Shown here: positions 25,401 to 39,169 of the stretch, one piece after another
Layout: each line of letters opens with the position of its first letter
How positions within the stretch are numbered: the stretch's first letter is position 1
From: Paraspadella gotoi
Taxonomy: Eukaryota; Animalia; Chaetognatha
Reading direction: 5' to 3'
DNA: 64,000 bases
Assembly: GCA_051294375.1 (NCBI GenBank)
Contig: CM119267.1
Span: forward strand, 20,523,476-20,587,475
Translations under genes and position numbers: made by a program
Notes under the pieces: model-generated
Told to the model about the DNA's origin: nothing
Database searches by the model: none
Seen by the model: only the letters and a program-made list of their open reading frames with translations

Positions 25401-27349
25401 CGTATCCTGTCGATTCATGGGAAAGTAAATAGTAAATACTTATTTATTAGGAAGATAAACGCAATTTTAAAAAATCGTGCTCACCGTCCAGAGACGAAGT
25501 CAGGATATCGAGATCGAAATCCGAACGAAAACCTTTGGGATCGAACTGCACTAATCCCGTGAGTCCCTACGAAAGAACACCGTTGGATGAACTCGATCAA
25601 CGTCTGAATTGATCCGAAAATAACAACCTGTAGCTTGGTGATCTTCATGTAATAAATGAGGGAGGCTCCGTTGGCCCAAGTGCTCTCTCCGCTGCAGGAA
25701 ATCCTTTGAGGGATGACTTCTTCGTTGGCGTCCAACTCGTGTAGCGCCGACGCCAACAAATGAACAGCGTCGAACACCAGCGCCGCCTCGACGTTGATGC
25801 CCTGAAGGAAAAAAAATATTCCGTAACTAATCGAATATTAAAAAAATGATAACTATAGCGAGCAGCCAAGCAGCTAACCTTGTGACCGGCCAGTGTCTCC
25901 AGAGCGTTACGTTCTTCAGTGATGGCCCAGTCCAAATAAACGTTCCTGACTAACGGTTTATCGGGGTTCACCAATCTAAAACAAAAAAAGAACTTGACAA
26001 ATTTTGCGCTTCTCCCTTTTTAAAACACAAAATGCCTACAGTTACCTAAACCAAGTAATCGAGGCGCCTTTGGGACCAAATTCGTCCAGATTAACACTCG
26101 ACATGTCCATAGACGTCAAAAAATACTTAAAACGACGCGTTGAAAAAGGAGAGGGATTAATATCAATGATTCCAAATAGAAAGCCAAAGTATCGAAATCA
26201 ATGTCTCACCTGGTAGTAGCCCGAGACCATGTGAAAGTCTTTGTCGGCCACGTGGAGTATGTGATAGATACGCGACACGTGGCAGTCGAGGACGATGCGC
26301 GTCTCACCGCGTCGCTCGATGTCCTTTAGAAGCGACACTAGGTGCTCGTCGTTTCTACGAATTAGTCGGCGTAGAAAAAAAAAATGAAGAAAGATAAAAA
26401 TTAAGATTTGCAGCACGTTGTAGAATTTCATTGTGCCAGTAGCTCTAACAAAATTCTTTAAAAAGCTTCAGGTCACCAACCTATCTTCAATGGCGGGCTT
26501 AAGTTGCCGAACGGTGATTCTCAGATCCTCCACCGGCGGCTTTTTGAGGATTTCCTGCAGTTTGATGAGTCCGAAGCTGTCCTCGTAGATGACCGTCATG
26601 CTCTTCCATTTGAAGGTACGAACGACGTCGATGAATGCTTTTGTCAAACTGAACGTTGGAAAACAAAATATTTAATGTATTTAATCTGCGTCGCATTATT
26701 TGAAAGCAGTTGAGAAAGAGTGAATTTTCTTTTAAAATACAAATTCTCCATTCACCTGGCGGCGTGGGGAAAAAGATTGAGTGAGGAGGGAGCCCGATGG
26801 GCCGAGCGGACCCAGCGCGCCTCCACGTGGGGAATTTCCAAAGCGTCGCAAATGGACTGCACGTGATGAGCGCCATCGGGGGAGCGAGGGCCGAAGATGG
26901 CCACTACGCCGCGACGAGCCATCGAACAGGCGGCCTGAAGTTTGGAAGGGCAAGGGAAAAGTTCGAAAAGGCGTTTCCGGTTTGATTTTGTAAGGGCAAC
27001 TTACTTTGCTAGCATGGAAGGAGTCGTCCCAATTAACCGTCTCGGTCACGTATTCCAAATTCGTGTTGGGCAACAGATCTTTTCTCTCGTTGATTTTTCT
27101 AAATTTCAGAAAAAAAATAAAAGAACACAATCATTTAATCGTTTTCGACACATTATTAAAATCCAAGTTACAAATAGTACAAAACAACCTTATGGCGTAT
27201 TTGAAGGCCAACTCTTGGGTCTGGTCGCTGTGATCGAAAATGGCGCCCAACTGTAGCGTGGACGGAAGACCGTGGGAGAACCGCATCAGCGACGCGACGG
27301 TTGAGAGAACGAAGACGAAACGATGAGTAAAATCGAGAAGGAGAGGCAT
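22437..27349 (-). CDS. Ionotropic glutamate receptor, kainate-type (GRIK-like), multi-exon
   Basis: Signal peptide then LGAIFD; [26 protein letters not shown]; S1 [42 protein letters not shown]; [14 protein letters not shown]; [15 protein letters not shown]; GSTMTFF; [11 protein letters not shown]; M4 [13 protein letters not shown]. Confidence 0.95.
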
Positions 27350-28089
27350 TTTCGTTGTCAAGGTGACGAGACACGAACAGCGATGATGCGGTTAGTCACA
27401 GGACGAATCGACACACGGATATTTTCAAAATTATTTCACAAATGGTTGATATTGTGAGAAACTCTTCGTTGGTCTTGCGTATCACAGTAACTTGACAGGA
27501 TTTGTGTGGTGCGCGGGGTGGCGTGATCGTATCTTTTGAATAGAGTTCGGTTTTGCTTTTGAAAAAAACTGCGTGATTGTCACTGCGCGTAACATTTCTT
27601 CGTGTTAGTAGCGATAAATGCGGTGCGAAATTAAGCTGCTTCTTCGGCTCTTAATTGAAAAGGAACATTTTATCTTACATGTAGATTTTGACACTCCACC
27701 TAAGAGCAGTATGTGCTTGGGTGACAACTTGTTAAGTGTCCTGAAAAATACAAAAAATTAAGTACAGACTAGAACGGTATTCCCAAAAAATAAAAAATCG
27801 AGCGCCAAGGCAAAAAATTATTAACAATAAATAAGGCATCAAAAACTAGATTTTGATTTTTTTCAACGTAAGTGCAACAATAAATTGTACGCTAAGCCCA
27901 AATTTTCCAAAAGCGAAAAATGGGCAAGCCTAGTAAACACAGAATTATCAACACCAAGTTTTTTAATAATACAATTTATGGATTTTAGCTTGAAGCTTAA
28001 GTCATAAAATGGAGTGAATAAGTGTAAGAAAAGTAGCACCATGAAACCTCAAAGCCATTTTTAGCTAGTTCTTTCGTTGTTATGATAAA

Positions 28090-31000
28090 TTATGCTTTCC
28101 TGGTTTTGTCGACGTAACATACATAAGTTTCTTTGCGACAACTCCCTAAAAAGTCGTGAAGGGTAGAGATTTTTTCGGAGCGCTGTGATTGCCATTTGTC
28201 CTCGCCGTCGCGTAATGATGGCACTTTTTGAATCTGCGAACAAAGAACGTATAGTACAACTATTTCAACTTTAAGCCGAATTTTTTTATCGCACCTGAAG
28301 AAGATGTACGGGGTAAATATGGGAACGGCTGTATCGGTAGTCCGTTCCCTTTCCAAAAAAAATGGTTCGAAGCTCGACAATAACCGCGGATTCCTTCCTG
28401 CAATTGATCTCCTTGCTATGGTTGATCACGCGGTAATTGCGAGAAAGGTCTTCGTCGCATCTTATAATATTTTGACGATCGATGAGATAAAATGCGACGC
28501 CTTCCCTGTTCTCCCATAAGATCGATTCCTTCGTCGATTGACGAGCCTTTCTTTTCTCTAGTTGTCGCTTCAACCTTTTCCTCTTATTTTTCGAAAGATT
28601 TCGATTAGCGAGATCGCTTTCGTCGAACGACTTTTGTTTTTTAGGCTTCGGTCTGGAATGTTTTTCTTTCTGCATTTTTTCCTCGACTCGTCCGGTTGAG
28701 TTTTTTGACGCGGGCTGAGCACTCTGCTCGGAGCTCAGACGGGTCGTGGACTCGCTCGTGGCGACCGACTCTCCTTCCGAGTTCGGCGTGTAGAACACCT
28801 CGCTATCAACGGAGGAATGCGATTGGTCGGCAAATGAATCAGTAGACAAACCCGAAATATCCACAGAAGATTTTTCATCAAAAGAAGGGTCGTCTGGCGT
28901 CTCCAACGGACTCGTGCCAACAGGCGATTTAAACGCGCGCCTTTTCTCTTCCGCCTCAGGACGCTTTTTTTCTTTTTCTTCATCCTCCTGAGGTTTCATT
29001 TTTTTTACTCTTTCCTCCCGTTCCAAGTAAGGTTCGGAACCCTTCTCGATTCGTTCTGGTAGATCATTTTTTAAGTATTTATCGATCATTTTCAATGAAC
29101 AAGTGGAATGGTCGAAAAACAAATACCCGCTTTTTGGGTCTGTAAAATATAAAAGTTCTCTCGAATTAACATTTTGCAAAGCCAAAGAAAAATAGGTACT
29201 TCGCTGATTACCTTGATAAGGAAGCCTTGTGTTGTTCCACAAAATGACCAGTTTGATAGTGGCCCGCGTGGCGGCGTCGAGAAGGCGCGTCATGTTGCAA
29301 GCAGCGGATTCGAGGTCGATCAGGGCAAAGACGATGGCGTACTGAGCGCCGAGAACGACTCGAGGATCCTTCCAGGTGAAATTTGTTCTGTTTCTAACAG
29401 ACAAATTGTTTTTGACTCTTTCGAGTATGGATTGGTGGCAGAGATTGCAAACCAAGATGGGAGCTCGAAATTCATCTCTCGATACATCGTCTATCAGCCC
29501 CGCGGCTCCAGCGATATATTTTTCACGACTTTCGTCATTCCATTCTACTAAATGGACGTCTTCTTTATCTTTAAACGACAAAATGGCGTCGGAGATTGGG
29601 ATGACGGACCCATCGTAGTTTAACTCAGGGAAACGATTATTTTGAGAAAATATTTTCTTCCGACATAAATTTTTAAAAGCGTCACTGAAATCTCGACAAA
29701 AATTCACTATTCCAAGTGTAGATCGGCAATTCAAGGTCAAGTTACTTTCGTTATAGAGTTGATCATGTTCCTCAGGGGAAAATAGACGCGTCTCCTCCAC
29801 TTTCTGGTCCGCGAAGTTTTCATAGTCTTTGCTTTTTCTTTTTGAGCTTTTCCTTATTAATTCATTGAGCGTGACGCAACTGAGGGCTCCAACGCTCGAA
29901 GAAACGACCACATGAACTGGACTTCGACTGACCGCTTTGAAAAACGCCCAGTCCTTTTCGTGGGAAACGACTGTTTCAAACTCGTCGATCAAAACCATTC
30001 CGTAATCAGAGATTTCATCTTCTTTTAACGGCTGATCACCGATGTCAAGGCTGTCCTTTAAAAGGGAATATTCTGAAAAATCTCTTCTTTTTTGTAAATA
30101 ATTCTTCAACTCTGAGAACACATTGTAAATGCGAAAAAATACTTTAGAATTTGGGTTTAGTAAAACAAAAATGACCGCAATTTGTAGCAACATCAAGGTT
30201 TTGCCAGAGCCTGGGCATCCGCGAATGAGCAAACGAAGACATGTTTTGTCTAAAAATTTTCTTCTTGCATGTTCAATAATTTTGGCCTGATGCGTTGTCC
30301 AAACAATGCCGGAACAACTCAGATGTTTTTGATCATCGAAATTTACATGCAAATGATACACGCTCGGTTCAAGAAGATGCAATACCATAATTAAACTCGC
30401 GAAGTCTTCAATAGTGCGCGTTTCCAACGAGGGGTGCTTTTTGATGGACGAAAAATATTCCTTAAGGTCCTTTAATATATACATGGTGACAATTTTACAA
30501 GCGCCGGTAAAAAAAAGCTGTCATTTGCAAACCCATGAAGATTTTTTCAATGTTAAATATGAATTTAAAAGTAATATATATATATATACAAATTTTATCA
30601 GAATCGACTTTGATATGCTTCAGCGATGATAGCTGGAAGATGGATTTGAAAATCGTCTCCGATTTTTTAACTCACTTTTTTTATATTCGATTTTTTTTTA
30701 ACTTTTATTAAGTTTTCTGAAAAAATTTTAAATAAAATAATATTATTATCTTCTTAAAGTTCTTTCAAATTTAAAAAGAATGACGTACTTACGAATATTA
30801 TAGTATAAAATTTAACCGGCCCAGCTTTAATTTAATTAGGATACTCAAAAACGAGACTTCTTTCCAAATAACAATAGCTGGAGGGTAAATTTAAGATTTT
30901 TATCAAATTGTGATTGGCTATCTTAAATCTTTTTTTCTCAGGCTCTTTCATGATACTTATATAAATATTAATATTTTATGTTATAATAATTTAAACTGGT

Positions 31001-32673
31001 CATATATTTTAAAAAAAGATTTAAAATTTTAGATAATTTACTTTTGACTCTTAATTGAACCAAGGCTGGGCAGCTTAATTTTTATGTTAGAGCTTTCGTA
31101 AGTATATCATTCTCTTCATATTTTTAAGGGCTTTCTGAAGACATTATTATTAATATCCTAATAAATACTTTGTTTAAAAAATGCTAAAAGTTTTAAAACA
31201 GTGAGTCTGAATATGAAACCCGATTTTAAAAGCCAACTTTCTCCACTCATTGTCAATGCATATCTTAACTGATCAATATAAAATTTGAACACATAAATAA
31301 TTTTAATATTTCCTACTTAAATAATTTTTAAAAGCAATGAAATAACCACTGGTTTGCAAATGACAGCGTTTTTTTACCGGGGCTTGTAAAATTGTCACCA
31401 TTTTTTCATGATTAATCGCGAGAAGATGAACTTCAAAATCCCCAGCAACAAGCTTTTCGAGGCGATAACGTGATTCTTGTTTTACAAAAAGTAAATGAAC
31501 GGGCAAATCTTTTTTGATTCCAGATAATTTGCACAGGTCATTAAGGTTTTTTTGAGATAAAGAAATCAATTCTCCGATTTGGCATTCATTAAATTTGACA
31601 GGCAAAAATAAAACTCCGACGAGACCGAAGTCTCCACCGAAGATCATGTGTCGCGGTAGTGCGGACCAATTCATCGAACCACTTCTCTTAATGTTTGAAG
31701 ACGATAAAGCGAGAATTATGCATTCCGTACGTAGGTTAGGCAATACCAAGATATTATCTTCTATATTAGATGCTTCTAAAGAATTGAAAAATTCATTTTG
31801 AATCCTAATTTGGTTCTTTACCTCTTCCGGCGTGATTTCATAAAAACTTCCAGAATTGCTCACTGCTCCGACCGAGTCTTCTTCCATGCATTTATACTCA
31901 AGTGGCTTGCTTGGAATATATATGATTCCTCTAGTGGTCCAACTTCCGTATTGTGCTCGAAAAAACTCTACCCTCGTCTCGTGATCGTCTATCTTAACCG
32001 AATCTGACCGGCCCGGGAATCGTATCGAGATGGGAAAAGAGCTCCTTCTCTCGGCGGAACAAAGATCTTTGACAAAGTAAATGCAATTTTTTAGAAATAG
32101 ATTGTATTTAAGTATTGCGTGGTAGTCATCGTTATAAAGTTGCAAAAGTTCTTCGAACAGGTTTTGCAAAGTGACGATGTCCTTTAACTGCGAGAACTGG
32201 TCAGGAGGTGAATCCAAAATTTTGACGTCACCTCTTTCTTCTCGATACCTGAATTTAAGGACCTTATTCTTATCCTTTGATATTTGGATTAATATTCCAA
32301 AATAACTTTTTTCCAACGACAACCAATAATAATCGACTTTTGCGATCCTGAAGCAATGCGTCCACTTCCAATGCAAAGCCATTCCGATACAAGAATCGCG
32401 ACTTATCGGAGACTCATACGTGGCAAATATCACCGATTCTTCGAAGTTGACCTTTTTTCCGAGTTCATTAGTCAGGACCTCGAATTTATCGAACTTTTGT
32501 AAATGAAAGTTCGAGTCGAGATCGCACAAATAAAAACTATAATCAACACCAAGACCCAAGACGGACGGAATTGACAGTTCTGGCAATGACGCGCCTGCGA
32601 AAAACAAACATCCGTAAATTTGACTTAACTTCAGGGATTTATATTATATTAATTTACCGTCTTCGTCAGCCAT
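28090..32673 (-). CDS. Predicted ~1176-aa protein: permuted papain-like (PPPDE/LRAT-like) domain + SF1/Schlafen-like P-loop helicase; exons 32673-32658, 32594-31399, 30469-28295, 28233-28090
   Basis: N-part has WTHCF..WLSLEK..GILIQ..YNLFLKNCIYF. C-part has Walker A GCPGSGKT, Walker B LIDEFE, LTLNCRST..I, GAQYAIVF and LDAATRA. All three junctions are GT-AG and keep frame; the join across 30470-31398 is inferred. Confidence 0.65.
30483..31401. mobile_element. Foldback/MITE-type DNA transposon with 51-bp terminal inverted repeats
   Basis: ATGGTGACAATTTTACAAGCGCCGGTAAAAAAAAGCTGTCATTTGCAAACC at 30483-30533 matches the reverse complement of 31351-31401 at 49/51. Degenerate inverted similarity continues about 350 bp inward; the interior is AT-rich. 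Confidence 0.88.
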
Positions 32674-34133
32674 TTTTGAGCAAGATGAAAAATGATATCC
32701 GTTTGAGACTAGAGTTGGTTCATTTTTCTAGGTTTTATTTTTTACTTTACTAATACTAAGAGTGCATGTTGCTAAATAAAAGAAAAAACTGCAAAGGAAA
32801 ACCGACATATGGAATAATAAAAATCTATAATGCTCAAAAATATTACGAAATAAACACGGGGGTAGCAGGAAAATCTTGCATTTTCCCTCGCAGAACAATA
32901 TTAAATAAACGATTTTTTACATTTAAAACAAAACTTCTTTACATTAAAAACTGAAATAGAAAAAGATTCATCTTAGAACAACCAAATATACCTTCGGATT
33001 AAAAACTACAATGATATTATTTGTGACCTGATGAGCGTCTGTAATTTCGAGCCGGTGACACAGGACATAGTCTCACCGCAAGAATCCACAGGGTATCGGA
33101 AAAAAAAAAAGTGGAAAAAAAAAAAAATAATAATAATAAATCGCCGACAGGGGGAAAGATCATCCAAAAACAGAGGATCAAGTGGTTTATGATAAAAACA
33201 ATAGGAAACTCCTGAGCTGTTTCGGATAATCCTTCATTTAAATAAAAAGCGAATTTATTTTACGATATACACATAGAAATAAAATAGTTTGCACGCGTAA
33301 GATTCTACACGAGGTTTTGTTTTTCAAAATAAAAGAAATCGGTAGAAACCCAAATTATAAGTTCGATAGTCGACTTAGTCGTTCAGGGGACGCGAACGAC
33401 AAAAATGTTGCAACAACATTACTATTTACAATATTAACTGAAACCGAGAGAAAAGGGCCAAACTACATAATTAACTATTACTTTTTACTATGACCGATAT
33501 GCGCCAAACTGATGGCATGACGATAACCTAGAATGTCTAGAATGAGTAAAAGAAAGAGATACGCGTGTGTTACGAGTCCAAAATTAATCTATACAATGTA
33601 GTAATCAGTTCAGACCGTCAATTAATGGTTATCAATCGAATTTCTTAAAAATATCATTGTGGAGAAGACAACAGTTTTGGCAGGAAGGTTCTCGCATGTT
33701 TATTTGAATGATGTCTTGCAGAATATATAGACCTAATATGTAATCTCACGCATTTTGTCGAATAGCGTAATAAAATAAATCGGGAGACGAAACAATTTAT
33801 AAGATTAATAAATCAACAATAACAAACTTTTTCTTGTTGTGCTAATAAAAACGGAAAACTGGGGGGGAAAAATAGGCCCGCGGAAATCGTTTCACAATAA
33901 AATTTAATTTAGAGTCAGCTAAATAAATTGGCAGTGGTATATTTTCGCTAAGGAAATTGTTATCCGGGAGCAGGAGACCTCGGATTTGATATAGTTAATA
34001 ATGATTTAGTTAATAAGACAGATAGACAAGAAAGAAAAATTTAGAAAATAAGGGGAGAGAGAGAGAGAGAGAAAGAGTGAGAGCAGTGAAATATATGATT
34101 CGTATCAAATTCAATTAACCTAAAGATTGTCGA

Positions 34134-37100
34134 TTAGATATCTTCATCGAACTTAGTGAGGCCGTGACTTTTGCGGGAGTGATCGTACTTAGAGGAAGGC
34201 TTGGCCGGCTCCAGCTTGATCGAACACGGCTTAACCAAACCGTGGTAAGCGGCTTCGGGGTGGGTCTGCGACGTCGTCATCGTCGTCGTAGAAGAAGAGG
34301 ATGACGAAGAAGAAGATGACGAAGGCGAAGGCGTATCGGGTAAATGAGACGTGGGTAATCCAGCCGTAGTTTGAGAAACGCCCGCGGAACCTGAGGAAGA
34401 AAAAAACAATTTGTCGCTCAGGTTTGTTCAATTGTTTATTTCAACTTAAATAAAATTTTGAGGAAGAAATTATCTTTTGTTTCCGTTTAATGATTTTCTG
34501 ATCTTAACCTCGCGAGGTGATCGAACCCGAGGCGACTAGCATGGGCGCCGCGCTGGGGTCCGTGAGCAGGAACTCGTCGTAGATGGCGCAGAGCTGATCC
34601 ACGGAGAACTGATTGAGAATGACGAAACGATCGAGCGTCGGCGACGACTTCCGGGCGCAGTCGAAGCAGTGAACCACGTATCTGAATGAACGGGGGTGGG
34701 GAGTGAGGATATAAATTCAAAATTCCAAAACAAAAAAAAAAAAAAAAAGCAGGAATACTAAAAATTTAATGAACTTTAAAAAATTGTTGTCCGTTTATAT
34801 TTCCCCTTCTAAAACTCACTTCTTGAGCTGTTGGTCCTCCTTGGCGAAGAGAATGTCGAAGACCTCCGCTTCGCAATTCGTGCAGTAGTAAGCGGCTTCG
34901 CCCTCTTCTCGTCCCTGCCACTTGATCGCTTCCGCGGTCGAAGTCACTCCTATAATTAGACCGAAATATTTAAAAAAAACAAAAAAACAAATTGTCTGAA
35001 TTTCCAATCACAAAACAGCATTACCCGAAAACGAAACTGACCTTTTATCTTTTTGACGAGTTCCACGGTGAGTATAATGTGCCTGAGGGATCTTTGAAGG
35101 ACGGAGCGGATCGCTACCCAGAGGGCGCGGTCGGAGATCTTGAGATTCTTTGCCAGGTGCCAGGACAGCTGCAGCATCGGGACTATGGACTTCACCTGGT
35201 AGTACTTGTTGAACTCGTACCTGAATGTCGCGGAAAAAAAAATTGAGTGGAGGGAACGTTTCACGCTTCATTAAATTTTATTGTAAGATATATATTACGA
35301 CGAGAGTTTATGTCCAACAGTAGCTACTTCCGAGTATTTCAAGTCTTTACCTTTCCATGGCCACTCTGTACTGGTACAGCGAGAGCGGCCCGACGTTCCA
35401 GGCTATGTTATTGCACCAACCCACGGCCTGGACCCAATGGATGGTGCCCGGCGAGAGCCACACGACGTCGCCAGGACTTTGGAGGAATCGATAAACGGGG
35501 ATTCCCAGCTCGAACAACTCCTACAGACCGGGAGCCATCAGGGAGAGAAGAAAGTTAATTACGTAATTAATAAAATAAAGAAGAACAAAAAGGTTGGATG
35601 GACAGACCTCGAGTATGGGCCACCAGCTTCCGACGAGGTAGTTGACTCCGTGCTTGGCGCAGAGGTCGTGGACCAAACCCCAAAAGGGTTCGTCGACGGC
35701 GAACCACTCGCAGTCGCCGGGGCCGATGTTCAGGTTGACTGGAGATGCGAGAAACGAGTAGTAAAATAAAAACAATTGAAAGTAATGAAAAAGAGAAGAA
35801 AATATAGCGGAACCAGAGCTCACCTGAGCAAAAGTTGTTGTTTTCTTGGTGTCCCGGGGTGCGGGCGCCGGGGACTTTCATGTAAAGTTGAACGGAATTC
35901 ATGCCTAATATGGTGTGGCCGACATGGGACAGCATATTGCAAGGCGAAACCACCCTAAAGTAATAGGATTTGCATAAAAAGAAAGCAACCATTTTTTTTC
36001 TCAAAGAACGGTCACTCAGTCAACAAACCGAAAAAACTGCGGCAATTTCTGCAACTCCTTCAATTGCGGTCTCCACTTTTTCTCGTCGGAAAGATCCACG
36101 TTAGTTCCAAACTTTATCATCTTGAAGTCGGCTCCGGGAGCGCCTGAGAGGAAGCCGAAGAATTCTTGACTTTGTTCTTTCATTCGCAACGAATCCTTTA
36201 CTTGAGAGACGCTTCCAAAAATTACCAGGATCGGGCGTGACGGCGTTGGGAGCGAAGGCGGCGCCGGTTTCGCCCTTCGGCGACGTAACCGTCGACTGAA
36301 TCTCCTTGAGCGCCGAAACTAGTTTGGAGGGCATCCTCGGAACGTCTGGCAGAAGCGGCGAAGGCGCGCCCTTCGTCGGCGTCTTGGCGGGAGTCTTTGC
36401 GGCGTCAAGGAGCGACTCTTGGAAAGAGTTGGCCTGATACTGGGCGTACCGGGCCACGCTCGTGTGCGAGCGAGAACTTTCGCACAGCCACACTTTGATC
36501 TGAGAATATATGTAACGGGATAATACTTGAACATTTAAATCATCGAAATTAAAAGGTTAATTACCAGACCCAATGTATCCCAGTTTTCATCTGATTTTTG
36601 CTGGCGTTGAGTACGGACTTCGACGGGATGATCCGAGTCCACCTCGACGAGAGTCCTTGTCGAGAAGAGCCCGAGGTCCAACTTTAACGCTGATGCGTAA
36701 CCTACGGACAACAAATACAAAAGATAGGCTGATACGTGGAGGTAAAAAAAGTCAAAACAAAAAAATATTTACATTGGAACAAAATAATTTAAAAAGGTCG
36801 ATTCCTAAAACAGAATTTAAGCCGGTTTTCTGATTATAAGAAACAAATGAGGTCAAGTAGAAAATGCTTAGAATGATTAAATTCAAATTTAAGCAGAAGT
36901 AAAGAAATAATCTCAAAAGGAGATTACGCCTTGAATGCTGACCTCTTATTACGGTAATTGGTTGACCGACACAAACATTATAAAGCGCTGAAGACAGCGC
37001 CTCTTTCCGTGTTGTCACGGTTACGCTCGGCGTTGGAGGATTCAACTTTTCGCGAGAACCAGGAACAGTAGGAGCTGGGTATTCTCTGGAAAAGAATGAG

Positions 37101-39169
37101 CAGCATCGACACCATCGTTGAAACCAAGAGCAACTCTTATAAAATTGTTAATATTATCTGATAAACAAACGCTTTCTCCAACCTAGGAGGGGGAACGCCG
37201 TCAATGGTGAGGCAGAGTTTGGGGAGATCGTAAAAGTTGTCGGCCTTGGACGAAGCCAGCGCTCCCTCGACCACCTGTCGCCCCGTCGCCTCGACATCCA
37301 CTATGTGGATTGGCGAGGTGTTCAACTAGAAGTAGGGATGGATTCAGAGGAGGAAACGAATTGATTTTGAAAGGGAGTTAAATATTTTTGTCAATAAATT
37401 TCATTAATTTCTTTCCCATTTACAATTTCTTTCTTCACCTTCTTGATGGAGAGCTTGAGTTTGGGCAAAGGCGGTTGAGCGACCGGGGGTTTCTTGTCGC
37501 CACCTTCGACAGTGTCGACGCCACGCGTTTCCGCGATCGGAGGCGGCTTCGTGTCCACGACTCTCGACATTATGCCATCGGCCTTGGCGTCCTCGGTTTG
37601 GCGGGAGGTCTGGTCGGTTGCTTGAGCTAAAGAACGGTGGGGATGAACGTCGTCGTGTTTCTCGTGGACAGTATGTCGATGATGATGATGATGATGATTA
37701 GTTTTTCGGTGGTCATCGTCGTTTCCGGCTCCGTTGCGACCGCCCGAGTCCCGCGACGAACGAGAGAGACGATGATTCGTCGTCGCCGATGTCTCCGAGA
37801 CGGGAGAGCGTGGTTGGCCGGGGAATGTGGACTTGGTTGACGTCGTTGGGATCGAGGTTGTTTCTCCTGAGTCGTTTGAGATCATTGGGGGTCGTTGCTG
37901 CGGGCATCGGTGTTTGGACGACTGCGTCGACGACGACTTGAGGGGGAGATTGTCCGGCGAGAAGCGCTTCGAGTCGGAGGATGTCGACGGCGTCGTCGAT
38001 GGCCCGGAAGACGGCGCGTCGTGGGGAGATGACGGAGGAACGGCGGTGTTGTGATACGAGATCCGAGTGGGAGGGGCGGTTGAGCCGTCGGGCAGAGTCG
38101 CTTTGGTGTGACGACGATGGAGATGATGTTTGTGGAGGTAAGGCACTGAGTCGGCGGGAACCGGAGCGGGACCCTTTTCCTGGGAAACAGGGATGAATGG
38201 GTTCGGGTTAAAAAGTAAGGGAAGGAAAAAAATAATCATGTTCAACTTTCCCAGGTTGAAATTTCCAACCTGATGTCTAATTGAGATGTCATCGGCGTCG
38301 ACCTCGTGGACGCCGGGAATGGAGATCCTGGAATTGGGCGTAGAGGCGACTCGCGCCTCATCGTTCAAAGACGCCTCGTCGAAATCCGGAGGTGATGTCG
38401 GGGGCGGCGGCGTTGCGCGATTGACGGCGCCGTGGCGTTTCTCGCGCTTTGATCGAGGAAAAGGCCCGCCGCGTGGATAAAGGCCTTAAAGTCATGGTTA
38501 AAAATGTGTTTCACTGCGGCCAAATAAACTTTACTTCAAAACAATATGTTTACCCGAGTGCGAGGAGGCTAGACGGATTTTTCGCTGATCCTGCTGCTCC
38601 ACCGCCGTGGCACCGGCGTCGCAAAGGCGTTTTGTCAGAGGCTCGTTCTTCGTATCGAAAAGACGAGGCGACGACTCGTGAGCTAAACATTGTTTAGTAA
38701 ACAACAAAATTTTAAAATATACAACTTAATATGTAAACTCAAATATTTGAGTTGTAGATATGCGCAGATATGTGCATATGATTTACTTACCCGGTGCCTC
38801 TTCAGTCGCCAAGGCCGCTGCGGAAGCGGTGGCCTTAGCAATTTTGCTGGCCTTCCTATGCAATTTATCAAAGATTTCTCGCTGCTTGACGTTGAGCGAC
38901 CCTTGATGCTGAAGCAGCACTCGATACATCTGCTGCTGCTGCTGTGAGAGAAGCCCATCTTCGTCGTCCAAGCCTAAAAAAAACAAACAAACGTTTGATG
39001 GACCTACCATTTTAATTGACGTGTTGAGATTTGTAAATTTAATTCACTATTGCTGAACAATTAAATTAACCTTGAAGCGGATCATAGTGGGCGTTGTTGT
39101 TGGCGTTCTTCGGCGCGTTTTTGCCTTCCCCGGCCGAAGCAGGGACAACCCGTTTTCGTCTCGCTCCAT
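34134..39169 (-). CDS. KDM6A: KDM6/UTX-family JmjC H3K27 demethylase, lacking N-terminal TPRs, multi-exon
   Basis: [15 protein letters not shown]; [27 protein letters not shown]; [11 protein letters not shown]; [51 protein letters not shown]; [21 protein letters not shown]; Zn-binding [20 protein letters not shown]. Confidence 0.93.

Noticed and set aside
33020-33100. CTGATGAG, a possible hammerhead ribozyme core or C/D snoRNA
   Set aside because: No stem II closing onto GAAA, and no convincing C/D terminal stem.
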